Shown piece by piece: positions 17,492 through 27,850 of a stretch of 64,000 nucleotides of DNA; the stretch's first letter is position 1, and each line of letters starts with the position of its first letter. Source of the DNA: an uncultured cyanobacterium (GTDB lineage: Bacteria; Cyanobacteriota; Cyanobacteriia; Cyanobacteriales; CAWCAG01); assembly GCA_963803805.1 (NCBI GenBank), contig CAWDOD010000010.1:320001-384000 (forward strand). The letters are read 5' to 3'. The notes beneath the pieces are model-generated. The model searched no databases. It had not been told where the DNA came from and saw nothing but the letters and a program-made list of their open reading frames with translations. The position numbers and the translations under genes were made by a program.

Positions 17492-19783
17492 ATGAAACCA
17501 GCTTTAAGAAAAAAGTTCTCGGTGGTAGGGAAATATGTTTCCTTCGATTTACTACTCTGTACTAGTGGAGTTATTGCCCTTCTTTTGATTGCTAGTTTTG
17601 AATTTGGTCAATATTTTGAGATTAATAGCCAATTTTGGCTGCTTTTCGCCGTGGTGATTTTATTAGCTAGCTTAGGAGGGCAAGTAGGGGCTTGGATAGG
17701 TACAGCTATAGTCAGTCTTTACCAAATCTTTCAGCTTCTAGAGACTCAAGAATCCTTAGTTGTAACAGAAGAGGTAAGACATCTTACTCTTAGTATCTTC
17801 GTAATGTTAATTACTGCCACAGTAGTAGGAAAAACCAAAGATTATAACAAACAATTAATTCAAGCCTTACAAGAAGCCCAAGCAGACTTAGAGAAGCGAG
17901 TTAAAGAGCGCACCGCAGAACTTTCCCTGGTTAATGAACAGTTACGCTTATTAGAATCTGTGGCTGTTTGTGCTAATGATGCAGTATTAATTACTGAAGC
18001 CCGCCCCGTTAGTGAACCAGGACCAAAAATAGTTTATGTGAATGAAGCCTTTACACGGATGACGGGTTATACAGCCCAAGAGGTTTTAGGTAAAACTCCT
18101 AGAATACTCCAAGGTGAAAAAACTAACCGCCGTCAACTTAACAAAATTCGTACAGCTATTACTAAATTCCAGCCAATTCAAATTGAATTGATTAATTACC
18201 ACAAAGATGGTTCAGAATTTTGGGTTGAATTGAGTATTGTACCCATTGCTGATGAAAAGGGTTATTATACTCATCTGCTTTCCATCCAAAGAGATGTTAG
18301 CGATCGCAAGGAAGCAGAGGCAGCTTTAAAAGATAGCGAAACCCGTAATCAAGCTCTTTTAAATGCTATACCAGACTTGATGTTCCGCCTCAGTCGCCAG
18401 GGAACATTTTTAGATTTCCGGGCTAGAGCGCAAGACTTATTGATGAAACCAGAAGAGATTATTGGTACTAACCTTGCCCAATCAACGATGCCGCCGCCAG
18501 TTGTCAGTCTCATTAAAAAGGCAATCTCCCAAGCCTTAGCTACAGGAGAGGTTCAAAGTATAGAATATTCCTTACCTTTACCAGATAGACTTCATTATTA
18601 CGAAGCAAGATTAGCAGAAAGTGGTTTAGATGAAGTTGTAGCAATGGTGAGGGATATTACTGAACGCAAGCAAGTTGAGGAAAAATTACGGGAGAACCAT
18701 CAATTTATTCAGCGTATTGCTGATACTACTCCTGGTATTTTGTACATTTATGATCTCAAAAAACAGCAGAATGTTTATGTGAATCGTTCTGTAGTTGAAT
18801 TTCTTGGTTATCCTGTTACTAATCAAAGGCAAAAGTACCTGAGCAAAAAACTATTTCATCCAGAAGACTTTCTTGAGATTAATCAACACTTAAAGAACCT
18901 GAATTCATGTCCAGATCAAACTATTGCCGAAATTGAATATCGGATACTTGATGCTAAGGGAAAGTGGCGTTGGTTTAATAGTCGCAACACGGTTTTTACT
19001 AGAAACAGTGACGGTACACTAAAACAAATTGTTGGAGTTGCTCAAGATATTACTGAGCATAAAATAGCTCAAGAAACTCGCCTTGCTCTAGAAAAAGAGA
19101 AAGAATTAAGTAAGCTACAACTTCGTTTCTTTTCCATGATTTCCCATGAATTTCGTACTCCTTTAAGTACAATTTTAATGTCAGCTCAAATTCTCGAACA
19201 TAATACTGCCCAAAAGCCCACCACCAAAACTTTAAGAAATTTACACCGCATTCAAACTTCGGTGAAACATATGCTTCATCTACTAGAGGATTTGCTGACT
19301 ATTAATCGTGCAGAAAGTGGCAAGTTAGAATTTAATCCTCAAAGGATTGTCTTAGAAGATTTTATTGTGCAAATTATAGAAAATATTCACCTTGCTCATA
19401 ATCATAAGTTTCAATTTGAGGTAAGCAATTCTTGTCAAGATAATATTATGTATTTAGATGGGAAGTTGTTGTGGTTTATCCTATCTAATTTAATCTCCAA
19501 TGCTATCAAATATTCTCCGGGAGACTACCCAGTTCGCCTAGAAGTTTTTTGTCAAAACAAGCTAGCTATTTTCCGCATCAGAGATAGAGGTATTGGTATC
19601 CCCACTGAAGATATTCCTAACTTATTTGAGCCATTTAGAAGGGGACAGAATGTTGGTATTCTAACCGGTTCAGGATTAGGATTAACGGTAGTCAAAAAGT
19701 GTGTAGACTTGCACGGCGGTACTATTGAGGTGAAAAGTGAAGTTGGAGTTGGTACTATAGTAACAGTCAAACTTCCTTGTTAA
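17492..19783 (+). CDS. Membrane multi-PAS sensor histidine kinase
   Basis: N-terminal TM helices, three PAS/PAC repeats, H-box SHEFRTPL, N-box NAIKYS, G-boxes. Confidence 0.93.
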   Translation: MKPALRKKFSVVGKYVSFDLLLCTSGVIALLLIASFEFGQYFEINSQFWLLFAVVILLASLGGQVGAWIGTAIVSLYQIFQLLETQESLVVTEEVRHLTLSIFVMLITATVVGKTKDYNKQLIQALQEAQADLEKRVKERTAELSLVNEQLRLLESVAVCANDAVLITEARPVSEPGPKIVYVNEAFTRMTGYTAQEVLGKTPRILQGEKTNRRQLNKIRTAITKFQPIQIELINYHKDGSEFWVELSIVPIADEKGYYTHLLSIQRDVSDRKEAEAALKDSETRNQALLNAIPDLMFRLSRQGTFLDFRARAQDLLMKPEEIIGTNLAQSTMPPPVVSLIKKAISQALATGEVQSIEYSLPLPDRLHYYEARLAESGLDEVVAMVRDITERKQVEEKLRENHQFIQRIADTTPGILYIYDLKKQQNVYVNRSVVEFLGYPVTNQRQKYLSKKLFHPEDFLEINQHLKNLNSCPDQTIAEIEYRILDAKGKWRWFNSRNTVFTRNSDGTLKQIVGVAQDITEHKIAQETRLALEKEKELSKLQLRFFSMISHEFRTPLSTILMSAQILEHNTAQKPTTKTLRNLHRIQTSVKHMLHLLEDLLTINRAESGKLEFNPQRIVLEDFIVQIIENIHLAHNHKFQFEVSNSCQDNIMYLDGKLLWFILSNLISNAIKYSPGDYPVRLEVFCQNKLAIFRIRDRGIGIPTEDIPNLFEPFRRGQNVGILTGSGLGLTVVKKCVDLHGGTIEVKSEVGVGTIVTVKLPC

Positions 19784-19847
19784 TTGGCTAACGAAACAAT
19801 TTCCAATTTTATTACTTATTAATTATTACCTATTACTTAAGGTAACC

Positions 19848-20837
19848 ATGAGCGATCGCCAACCATCAGAATTGGATTCCCTGCGGCAAGAAGTTGCTGA
19901 ATTGAGGAAAACTAAAATAGCTTTTGATGCTCAAAACAACCTTTTAAAAGCATCGACGATGGCGAGCCAAACTGCATCAGGGAATCTAATGCTGAAGACT
20001 GTTTTACAACAGGCATTATCTATTGCTAGTCAAGTGGTCGAAGCTGAGGAGAGTAGTCTTTTCCTACTTAATAGTCAAGGAGTAGTTATTGAAAGTATAC
20101 TCGCTCGCGGTGCTACAATTAAAGGGCAAAAGCAAACTATTATTGGTAAAGTTTTAGATAAAGGTTTGGCTGGTTGGGTAATTGAAAATCGTCAAATAGG
20201 CTTAATTAAAAATACAAATATTGATGAGCGTTGGTTAACTTTACCCAATCAACCTTACCAAGTAGGTTCGGTTTTATGTGTGCCGATTTTTAGAGGCAGA
20301 ACCCTATTGGGAATAATCACATTAATGCACTCTAAAACAGAGCATTTCAGCCGTACATCTGTGGAATTAATACAGATGATTGCTGTAAATATGGTGATGG
20401 TATTAGATAATGTGCGACTTTCTTTAGAAGCGGAACAACAGGCAACTAATTTATCTTCTTTCTCGGCAAAAGCCACCAGTGCCAATAAAGATTGTCTAAC
20501 AAGTTTATCTGAAAACAAGTTAAGCAGGCTTGGTTTTTATATTATTTTAAACAAAGGAAAATTTCTTTATGCAAATCAGCAATTAGCTAAGATTTTCGGC
20601 TACAGCTTTGGTGAACTTGTTGCTTTAGAATCTCTATTTACTTTAGTAGCAACTAGTAATTGGGAACAAATCACTCAAGAAATTAACCGTTGCTTTCAAG
20701 GTAGAGAAAAAGTTATTGCCCTTACTTTTCAAGGACGCTGCAAAGATGCTTCAATTATTGATGTTGAAACCTATGGTAATCGTACCAAGTTTTATGGCAA
20801 AACTGCCATAATTGGCGCATTGAGACAAGCCTTATAA
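19848..20837 (+). CDS. GAF + PAS domain protein without an output domain
   Basis: GLAGWV..N.....DERW, SVLCVPI (GAF); C-terminal YANQQLAKIFGYS (PAS). Confidence 0.8.
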   Translation: MSDRQPSELDSLRQEVAELRKTKIAFDAQNNLLKASTMASQTASGNLMLKTVLQQALSIASQVVEAEESSLFLLNSQGVVIESILARGATIKGQKQTIIGKVLDKGLAGWVIENRQIGLIKNTNIDERWLTLPNQPYQVGSVLCVPIFRGRTLLGIITLMHSKTEHFSRTSVELIQMIAVNMVMVLDNVRLSLEAEQQATNLSSFSAKATSANKDCLTSLSENKLSRLGFYIILNKGKFLYANQQLAKIFGYSFGELVALESLFTLVATSNWEQITQEINRCFQGREKVIALTFQGRCKDASIIDVETYGNRTKFYGKTAIIGALRQAL

Positions 20838-20848
20838 AAAAGCTAAAA

Positions 20849-22516
20849 ATGACCAAACTATCCATATTGAAACGATGGCAACCCGTATTAGTGGCTTTAG
20901 GATGTGCTTTAGCTATTATCCTCACCAACTGTACTCAGAACAACAATAGTCAAGATGTTGGGTTAGCCCCGACATCCCCTGGGCAAAGTCAGTCAGATGT
21001 ATTAATTTATGCTTCCGGGGGACAACCTGTTAACTTAGAACCGGGCAATATTACCGATGGAAACTCAATTATTGTCCAGCAACAAATTTACAATCGTCTT
21101 TTGGAAACGAAACCAGGAACCACCGAATCTACCTCAGCATTAGCCACTTCTTGGGAAAGTTCTGAAGATGGCAAAACTTGGACATTTAAGTTACGGGAAG
21201 GAGTGAAGTTTCACGACAGTACAGATTTTAATGCCGATGCCGTTAAGTTCAATGTGGAACGGTGGTGGGATAAAGAACATCCTTACGGTTTTCGTGAGGC
21301 TGGGAAGAATTATGAAATTTGGGGTAGTTTATTTGGTGGCTTTCGAGGGGAGGCAGAGTCTTTGCTACAGGAAGTCAAAGTTGTAGATGATTACACCATT
21401 GAGTTTACACTACAAAAACCCTTCGCTGCTTTTCCTGCTGCCATTGGTTCTGGTTATTTTGGTATTGCTAGCCCCACAGCTATTCAAAAAGCTGAAGAAA
21501 AGTATGGTACACCCAACTCAATAGCAGTAGGTACAGGGGCTTTTAAATTTGAAGAATGGCGTACAGGCGATCGCATCATTTTAGCTAAAAATCCTGATTA
21601 CTGGCAGCCAGATTTACCAAAAACCGAACAGTTAGTTTTCCGCTTCATTAGTGATCCTGCTGCTAGATTAGCAGAGTTAAGAGCTGGTGGGGTAGATTTT
21701 ACCGAGGATTTAACCCCCGATCAGCGCGAGGAAATTGAGAAGGATGCTAACTTAGAAGCCGTGGTACGCCCTTCCTTTAATGTCGGTTATTTGGCACTTA
21801 ATCCCACCTACGAACCCCTTGCCAAGTTAGAAGTGCGCCAAGCCATCGCCCTAGCTATTAATCGCCCTGGCATCGTCGCAGCATTTTGGGGAGAATTAGC
21901 CACCAGTGATCCTCATTTTACTCCTCCGTCTTTAGATTGGTCACAGGATCAAGAATTAGCAGATTATCAATATGATCCTGAAATTGCCAAGCAATTATTA
22001 ACAGAAGCAGGTTACGAACAAGGCTTTGATTTAGATTTATGGTATATGCCTGTTTCTCGCCCCTATTATCCTTCCCCTAAAGCGATCGCCGAAGCATTTT
22101 CAGCAGATTTGAATGCTGTGGGTATTAAGGTTAACTTACAAACCAAAGATTGGGCTGCCTACCTTGAAGATCGGCGCAAAGCCCCAGGATATCAAGCTTT
22201 TATGTTAGGTTGGACAGGAGATTATGGTGATCCTGATAACTTTTACTATGCCCATTTTAGCCCTGCCGCTACAGCAGATTTAGGGAACTGGCAAAACGAA
22301 AGCCTCCTAGAATTATTAGAAAAAGGACGACAGGAACAGCAACAGGAAGCAAGGGCAAAAATCTACGCAGAGATAGATAAAATCGTAGCCACAGAAAAGG
22401 TTCGCATTCCCATAGTTCATTCCCAACCTTTGTTAGCAAAAAGGAAAAACATTCAAGGTTGGCAACCTAGTCCCCTTAGTTCAGAACCTTTTTCTACAAT
22501 TGAAAAGGATGGCTAG
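20849..22516 (+). CDS. ABC peptide/nickel transporter substrate-binding lipoprotein (family 5)
   Basis: Signal peptide with LTNC lipobox; LATSW..SEDGKTWTFKLREGVKFHD; VGTGAFKF. Confidence 0.92.
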   Translation: MTKLSILKRWQPVLVALGCALAIILTNCTQNNNSQDVGLAPTSPGQSQSDVLIYASGGQPVNLEPGNITDGNSIIVQQQIYNRLLETKPGTTESTSALATSWESSEDGKTWTFKLREGVKFHDSTDFNADAVKFNVERWWDKEHPYGFREAGKNYEIWGSLFGGFRGEAESLLQEVKVVDDYTIEFTLQKPFAAFPAAIGSGYFGIASPTAIQKAEEKYGTPNSIAVGTGAFKFEEWRTGDRIILAKNPDYWQPDLPKTEQLVFRFISDPAARLAELRAGGVDFTEDLTPDQREEIEKDANLEAVVRPSFNVGYLALNPTYEPLAKLEVRQAIALAINRPGIVAAFWGELATSDPHFTPPSLDWSQDQELADYQYDPEIAKQLLTEAGYEQGFDLDLWYMPVSRPYYPSPKAIAEAFSADLNAVGIKVNLQTKDWAAYLEDRRKAPGYQAFMLGWTGDYGDPDNFYYAHFSPAATADLGNWQNESLLELLEKGRQEQQQEARAKIYAEIDKIVATEKVRIPIVHSQPLLAKRKNIQGWQPSPLSSEPFSTIEKDG

Positions 22517-22564
22517 TTGCTAGTTGCTAATTGCTAGTTGTTATAACCATCATCCAACTAACTG

Positions 22565-22620
22565 TAAGGGCGGGTTTAGTTTGTTGAATTGTGATCATCA
22601 TAGTCTTGGGTTAAATCCGC
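22565..22620 (+). repeat. Degenerate long-loop REP-like palindrome downstream of the RAYT
   Basis: GTAAGGGCGGGTTTAG...TTAAATCCGC; different arm family from the upstream array. Confidence 0.45.
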
Positions 22621-23172
22621 TTATTCTCCCCTAACATTTTGCAACATCATGCCACTTTCATATACACCCCAGTTAAACGGATAAATGCCTTGGCTAATAA
22701 ACCGATGAATTGTTGAAAATTGCCAATCTTGCGCCGACTTACATAGCCCATGTTTAACGGGATTGTAATGAATATAATCACAGTGCAAGGCAAAATCTTG
22801 TTCATCTCGAACTAAATGTTCCCAAAAACGGCGTTGCCAGAGATTACTTTCTTGCCTTTTACGACGAGAAAGAGAAATACTCCCCTCAACAGCGATCGCA
22901 TCTCTATAATGCTTGGTAACATAAGTTTTGATTAATCGCAGTCGCCTAGAAAAATCATGATCGTGGGGAGGCAAAGTTAAAAGACAATGGAAATGATCCG
23001 GTAGCAAGATAAAGGCATCAATGGAAAACGGATGTTTAGTCTTAACCTGCAAAATTCCTTCTCGAAGAGCTTTCCTACCTACATCTTGGCATAGCCAGGG
23101 GTTTCTTTGATGGGTAACTTGAGTAATAAAGTAAGTCCTTCCCGGTGTTTTAAGTCTTCTGTAGTTTGGCAT
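22621..23172 (-). mobile_element. rayT: REP-associated tyrosine transposase (RAYT/TnpA-REP, Y1 HUH)
   Basis: MPNYRR..PG.TYFIT, HUH motif LPDHFH, WQRRFWEH..RD..D, catalytic YIHYNPVKHG; flanked by REPs. Confidence 0.92.
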
Positions 23173-23242
23173 TAGCTTAGAGAATTGATGCGCTACTCCA
23201 TCTGCGCTTTATCGTAGCATCATAGTCGCGATCGCAGGAATC

Positions 23243-24491
23243 GTAGGGTGTGTTAGTGCTGCCAACAATTTTGGGTAAATGAGTGGAATTTCCTTCAGCA
23301 CGTAACGCACCATAAATTAATTCAAATGGGAATTGGTGCGTTACGGCGGATAAAGACTTTTTGATTTAATCTCAATTTTTATGATAACCGCCTAACACAC
23401 CCTACTATTAATGAGTGGAATTTCCTTCAGCAGGTAACGCACCACAAATTAATTCAAATGGGAATTGGCGCGTTATCGTCTCCGTATTATCGTAGGGTGT
23501 GTTAGTGCTGCCAACAATCCTAGATAAATGAGTAAAAGTCAATTCAGCACGTAACGCACCGCAAATTAATTCAAATGGGAATTGGTGCGTTACGGCGGAT
23601 AAAGACTTTTTGATTTAATCTCAATTTTTATGATAACCGCCTAACACACCCTACTATTAATGGGTGGAATTTCCTTCAGCAGGTAACGCACCGCAAATTA
23701 ATTCAAATGGGAATTGGTGCGTTACGGCGGACAAAGTATTTTTTATTTAATCTCAATTTTTATGATAACCGCCTAACACACCCTACTATTAATGGGTGGA
23801 ATTTCCTTCAGCAGGTAACGCACCGCAAGTTAATTCAAATGGGAATTGGTGCGTTACGGCGGATAAAGACTTTTTGATTTAAGCACATTTTTATGATAAC
23901 CGCCTAACACACCCTACTATTAATGGGTGGAATTTCCTTCAGCACGTAACGCACCGCAAGTTAATTCAAATGGGAATTGGTGCGTTACGGCGGATAAAGA
24001 CTTTTTGATTTAAGCACATTTTTATGATAACCGCCTAACACACCCTACTATTAATGGGTGGAATTTCCTTCAGCACGTAACGCACCGCAAGTTAATTCAA
24101 ATGGGAATTGGTGCGTTACGGCGGATAAAGACTTTTTGATTTAAGCACATTTTTATGATAACCGCCTAACACACCCTACTATTAATGGGTGGAATTTCCT
24201 TCAGCAGTAACGCACCGCAAGTTAATTCAAATGGGAATTGGTGCGTTACGGCGGATAAAGACTTTTTGATTTAAGCACATTTTTATGATAGCCGCCTAAC
24301 ACACCCTACTATTAATGGGTGGAATTTCCTTCAGCAGTAACGCACCGCAAGTTAATTCAAATGGGAATTGGTGCGTTACGGCGGATAAAGACTTTTTGAT
24401 TTAAGCACATTTTTATGATAGCCGCCTAACACACCCTACTATTAATGGGTGGAATTTCCTTCAGCAGTAACGCACCGCAAGTTAATTCAAA
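23243..24491. repeat. REPIN-derived tandem array: two 163-bp REPINs, six 130-132 bp head-to-tail units, two partial units
   Basis: Full REPINs at 23243-23405 and 23492-23654; later units end in CCGCCTAACACACCCTAC at 23786, 23917, 24048, 24179, 24309 and 24439; partial unit to 24491. Confidence 0.92.
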
Positions 24492-24678
24492 CTATCCTCA
24501 TAGTTTCACCTTATCTCTACTGTTAATCCCTTTTCTACCAATAGATACAAGCATTTGCTTGACAACGGCTATATTTCCTTAACTTGTCACTGTTGCCTAT
24601 TGCCTATTTCCAATCCTCAATTAACATCCCATAACTCGATAAAATGGAAACAAGCAAAGCCACTTACAAAATATACTA

Positions 24679-24912
24679 ATGACTTCCCACAATAGTTTAT
24701 TAGACCGTATTACTCAAATTCCTGGTCAGTGTGGTGGTCGTCCCTGCATTAGAGGAATGCGAATCAGAGTCACCGATATTTTAGAAATGTTAGCTGAAAA
24801 CATCAATATTAATGAAATTTTAGAAGATTTCCCTGATTTAGAACTAGCAGATATTCAAGCTTGCCTGATTTTTGCAGCACGACGCACTAGTTTTCCTAGA
24901 CTAACAGCATGA
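24679..24912 (+). CDS. DUF433 family antitoxin
   Basis: RIT..PGQCGGRPCIRGMRIRV.DILEML...EILEDFPDLE..DI.ACL. Confidence 0.9.
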   Translation: MTSHNSLLDRITQIPGQCGGRPCIRGMRIRVTDILEMLAENININEILEDFPDLELADIQACLIFAARRTSFPRLTA

Positions 24913-25250
24913 AGATTTGGATTAATGCTCAACTGCCTCCAACACTAGCACAATGGCTTACAGAAACGTTTGCCCTAGAAGCTATTGCTTTACGGGATTT
25001 AGGCTTACGAGATGCTCAAGATATGGAAATTTTTGAAGCCGCACGAGATGAAAATGCTGTAATTATGACTAAAGATAGTGATTTTATTGACTTGGTATGT
25101 CGATTAGGATCGCTCCCTCAAATTTTATGGATAACCTGCGGTAACGTCACCAATACAAATCTTAGACAGATACTAGCTGCTACTTTGTCCGATGCCTTAG
25201 AAAAGTTACGCCAAGGAGAGGTGATTGTAGAAATAAGTAATAGTTCTTAA
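24909..25250 (+). CDS. DUF5615 family PIN-like toxin
   Basis: MKIWINAQLPP, LRDAQDMEIF, IMTKDSDF, CGNVTN; ATGA overlap with the antitoxin. Confidence 0.85.
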   Translation: MKIWINAQLPPTLAQWLTETFALEAIALRDLGLRDAQDMEIFEAARDENAVIMTKDSDFIDLVCRLGSLPQILWITCGNVTNTNLRQILAATLSDALEKLRQGEVIVEISNSS

Positions 25251-25370
25251 GGAGGAAAGCTTGTTAAAGGCTGTAATCATGGTATCCCTGAAACTATGGA
25301 ATACCTTTAACTATTGACTATTGACTTTTGACTATTGACTTTTGACTTGGCGCTATTCCCTCATTAAAAA

Positions 25371-27761
25371 ATGACCAACACCGCAGGCAAGCGTACTGTC
25401 CTCAGTACTAAACCTTATATCATTCTTAATAACCAAGGCCCTACCTTGCCACCGATGGAATTAAGCGCCGAACAGCATATATTAGGTAGAGATGCTAGTC
25501 GTGCGGATTTAGTTGCCCCAGAAAGTTGGCTGGTTATTTCTGGTTGCCATGCTTTGTTACGCAAAAAGGGAGAAAATTATTATATTTTTGATGGAGACGG
25601 GGAAACTCCTAGTACCAACGGTTTGTTTATTAACCACACTCGCATCACTACTACTGATGGTTATTGCCTTGAAAATGGTACGCAAATTCAAATTGGTCAA
25701 GATCCTAAAAATTGGATATTCTTACATTTTTACGATCCGAATAGTCCTAAAGCTGCCAACCCACCTAATCAAAGTTCCCTTGCCTTAAAAAATCGTTCCG
25801 TTGTTTTAGGTAGAGATCCCCAGGCTAACTTACAACTGGATGCACCAACGGTTTCTCGTCGTCATGCCATCATTGATGCTGATGGGCGAGGGCGTTATGT
25901 CATCAAGGATTGCAGTACTAATGGAGTTTTTGTCAACGGGCAGAAAGTGAACGGTTTAGCAAAACTTTCTCCCGGTGCAACTATCCGTATTGGCCCCTAT
26001 AGTTTGGTGCTGAAAGAAGATCAGTTGTTGCTTACGGATAAAGGGGATCGCATTCGCTTAGATGCCTATCATGTGATACGAGAAGTTAAGGACAAACAAG
26101 GGCAAGTACGGCAGCTTTTGGCTAATATTTCCCTGCCTATTGAACCAGGACAGTTTGTGGCGTTGGTAGGGGGTAGTGGGGCAGGCAAATCTACTTTGAT
26201 GCGTACTTTGTTGGGAGTTGATCCCACCACTAAAGGCAGAGTTTATCTTAATGGGGAGGATTTGCGGGATAACTTTAATATTTATCGCAGTCAAATTGGT
26301 TATGTTCCCCAAGATGATATTGTCCACCGTCAACTTAAGGTAGAAGAAGTTCTCACCTACGCAGCACAGTTACGACTACCTCCGGATACGGATGTTAAAG
26401 AGGTGGTGGAAAAGACTTTGCAGCAAATTGAAATGTCCCATCGCCGGGATGTTTTGGTAAGTCAGTTAAGTGGAGGGCAAAGGAAACGAGTTTCTATTGG
26501 AGTCGAACTCCTCGCTGATCCGAAACTCTTTTTCTTAGATGAACCGACATCGGGTTTAGATCCGGGGTTGGATAAAAAGATGATGCAACTGTTACGCAAA
26601 CTTGCCGATCAAGGCAGAACAATTATCCTAGTTACCCATGCTACTACAAATATAACTTTGTGCGATCGCCTTGTCTTTTTGGGTCAAGGGGGAAAACTTT
26701 GTTATTATGGCCCTCCCCAGGAAGCAACTAAGTTTTTTAAAGTTAATAGTGATGATTTTGCGGAGATTTATAACCGCTTAGAAAATCCTCAAAATGTCAT
26801 TAAGGAAGCTAGTAAGTTTCGTCGTTCCCAGCATTACCAAAACTATATTTCTAACCACCTTACTAAAGAAAGCCAGGTAACGAAAGGAAGTCCACCGAAA
26901 AAAGCTCGTTCTTCCAGTTTAAAGCAATTAACCCTATTAACGAAACGCTACTTTAAATTAGTAAGTCGCGATCGCATTAATTTAGCTTTGGCTTTACTTA
27001 CAGCCCCCATCGGTATTAGTTTAATTACCCTAGCAATTCAAGACCAAAATCCCTTAGTTTTAGGTACAGAAGATGACCCTAGCCTCGCACCTTTAGCACT
27101 ACGTGTTTTATTTGTCTTCACCTGTGCAGCCATGTGGGTAGGTTTATCCACTTCTTTGCAAGAAGTTGTTAAAGAAGCAGCTATTTATGCTAGAGAAAGA
27201 TTAGTTAACTTAGCTTTATCAGCCTATTTCGGTTCTAAAACTTTAATTTTAGGAGGGCTAGCAGCACTGCAAACTTTATTAATAACTATTGTTATTCTTG
27301 TTGGTTTTCAGTCACCAAATCCAGAATTTATTTCTTGGCCCCTGGGTTTAGCTATTACCACTTTCTTAACTTTATTTACCTGTATTAGTTTGGGGTTAAT
27401 GGTTTCTACTACAGTTAAAAATAGTTCCCAAGCTAACAATGCCCTGCCCCTACTTTTGTTACCGCAAATTATCTTCTCTGGGGTACTTTTCAAAATGACA
27501 GGTATTGGTAGTAAAATATCTTGGTTAATGTTAAGTCGTTGGTCTGTGGGGGCTTATGGAACTTTAGTTAATGTTAATGCTATGGTTCCCGAACCTACAA
27601 AACTTCCCGATGGTAGTTTAATTACTCCCCCTTTTGAAGGTTCAACTGTTTATGATCCAACTTGGGAAAATTTACTTTTAAATTGGTTTATTCTTCTCTT
27701 ACACGCCAGTTTATATTTAACTGTTGCTTGGTGGGTACAAAAAAGTAAAGATGTTTTTTAA
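25371..27761 (+). CDS. FHA-FHA-ABC ATPase-permease fusion (Rv1747-like)
   Basis: Two FHA motifs (GRD..S..H..STNG), Walker A GGSGAGKS, LSGGQ, DEPTSGLD, C-terminal TM helices. Confidence 0.92.
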   Translation: MTNTAGKRTVLSTKPYIILNNQGPTLPPMELSAEQHILGRDASRADLVAPESWLVISGCHALLRKKGENYYIFDGDGETPSTNGLFINHTRITTTDGYCLENGTQIQIGQDPKNWIFLHFYDPNSPKAANPPNQSSLALKNRSVVLGRDPQANLQLDAPTVSRRHAIIDADGRGRYVIKDCSTNGVFVNGQKVNGLAKLSPGATIRIGPYSLVLKEDQLLLTDKGDRIRLDAYHVIREVKDKQGQVRQLLANISLPIEPGQFVALVGGSGAGKSTLMRTLLGVDPTTKGRVYLNGEDLRDNFNIYRSQIGYVPQDDIVHRQLKVEEVLTYAAQLRLPPDTDVKEVVEKTLQQIEMSHRRDVLVSQLSGGQRKRVSIGVELLADPKLFFLDEPTSGLDPGLDKKMMQLLRKLADQGRTIILVTHATTNITLCDRLVFLGQGGKLCYYGPPQEATKFFKVNSDDFAEIYNRLENPQNVIKEASKFRRSQHYQNYISNHLTKESQVTKGSPPKKARSSSLKQLTLLTKRYFKLVSRDRINLALALLTAPIGISLITLAIQDQNPLVLGTEDDPSLAPLALRVLFVFTCAAMWVGLSTSLQEVVKEAAIYARERLVNLALSAYFGSKTLILGGLAALQTLLITIVILVGFQSPNPEFISWPLGLAITTFLTLFTCISLGLMVSTTVKNSSQANNALPLLLLPQIIFSGVLFKMTGIGSKISWLMLSRWSVGAYGTLVNVNAMVPEPTKLPDGSLITPPFEGSTVYDPTWENLLLNWFILLLHASLYLTVAWWVQKSKDVF

Positions 27762-27850
27762 TATGGCAATACAAGAGTAAGCGTAAGGTACAACCTAAAT
27801 TCTGACTTTTGCTAATGGCTAGTGGCTAGTAGCTATTAGCAAAAACTAGA

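Noticed and set aside
23243-24491. The tandem array as the missing CRISPR array of the I-D system
   Set aside because: Units are near-identical along their whole 130-132 bp length with no unique spacers; the GTAG-tailed palindromes and adjacent RAYT identify them as REP-derived.
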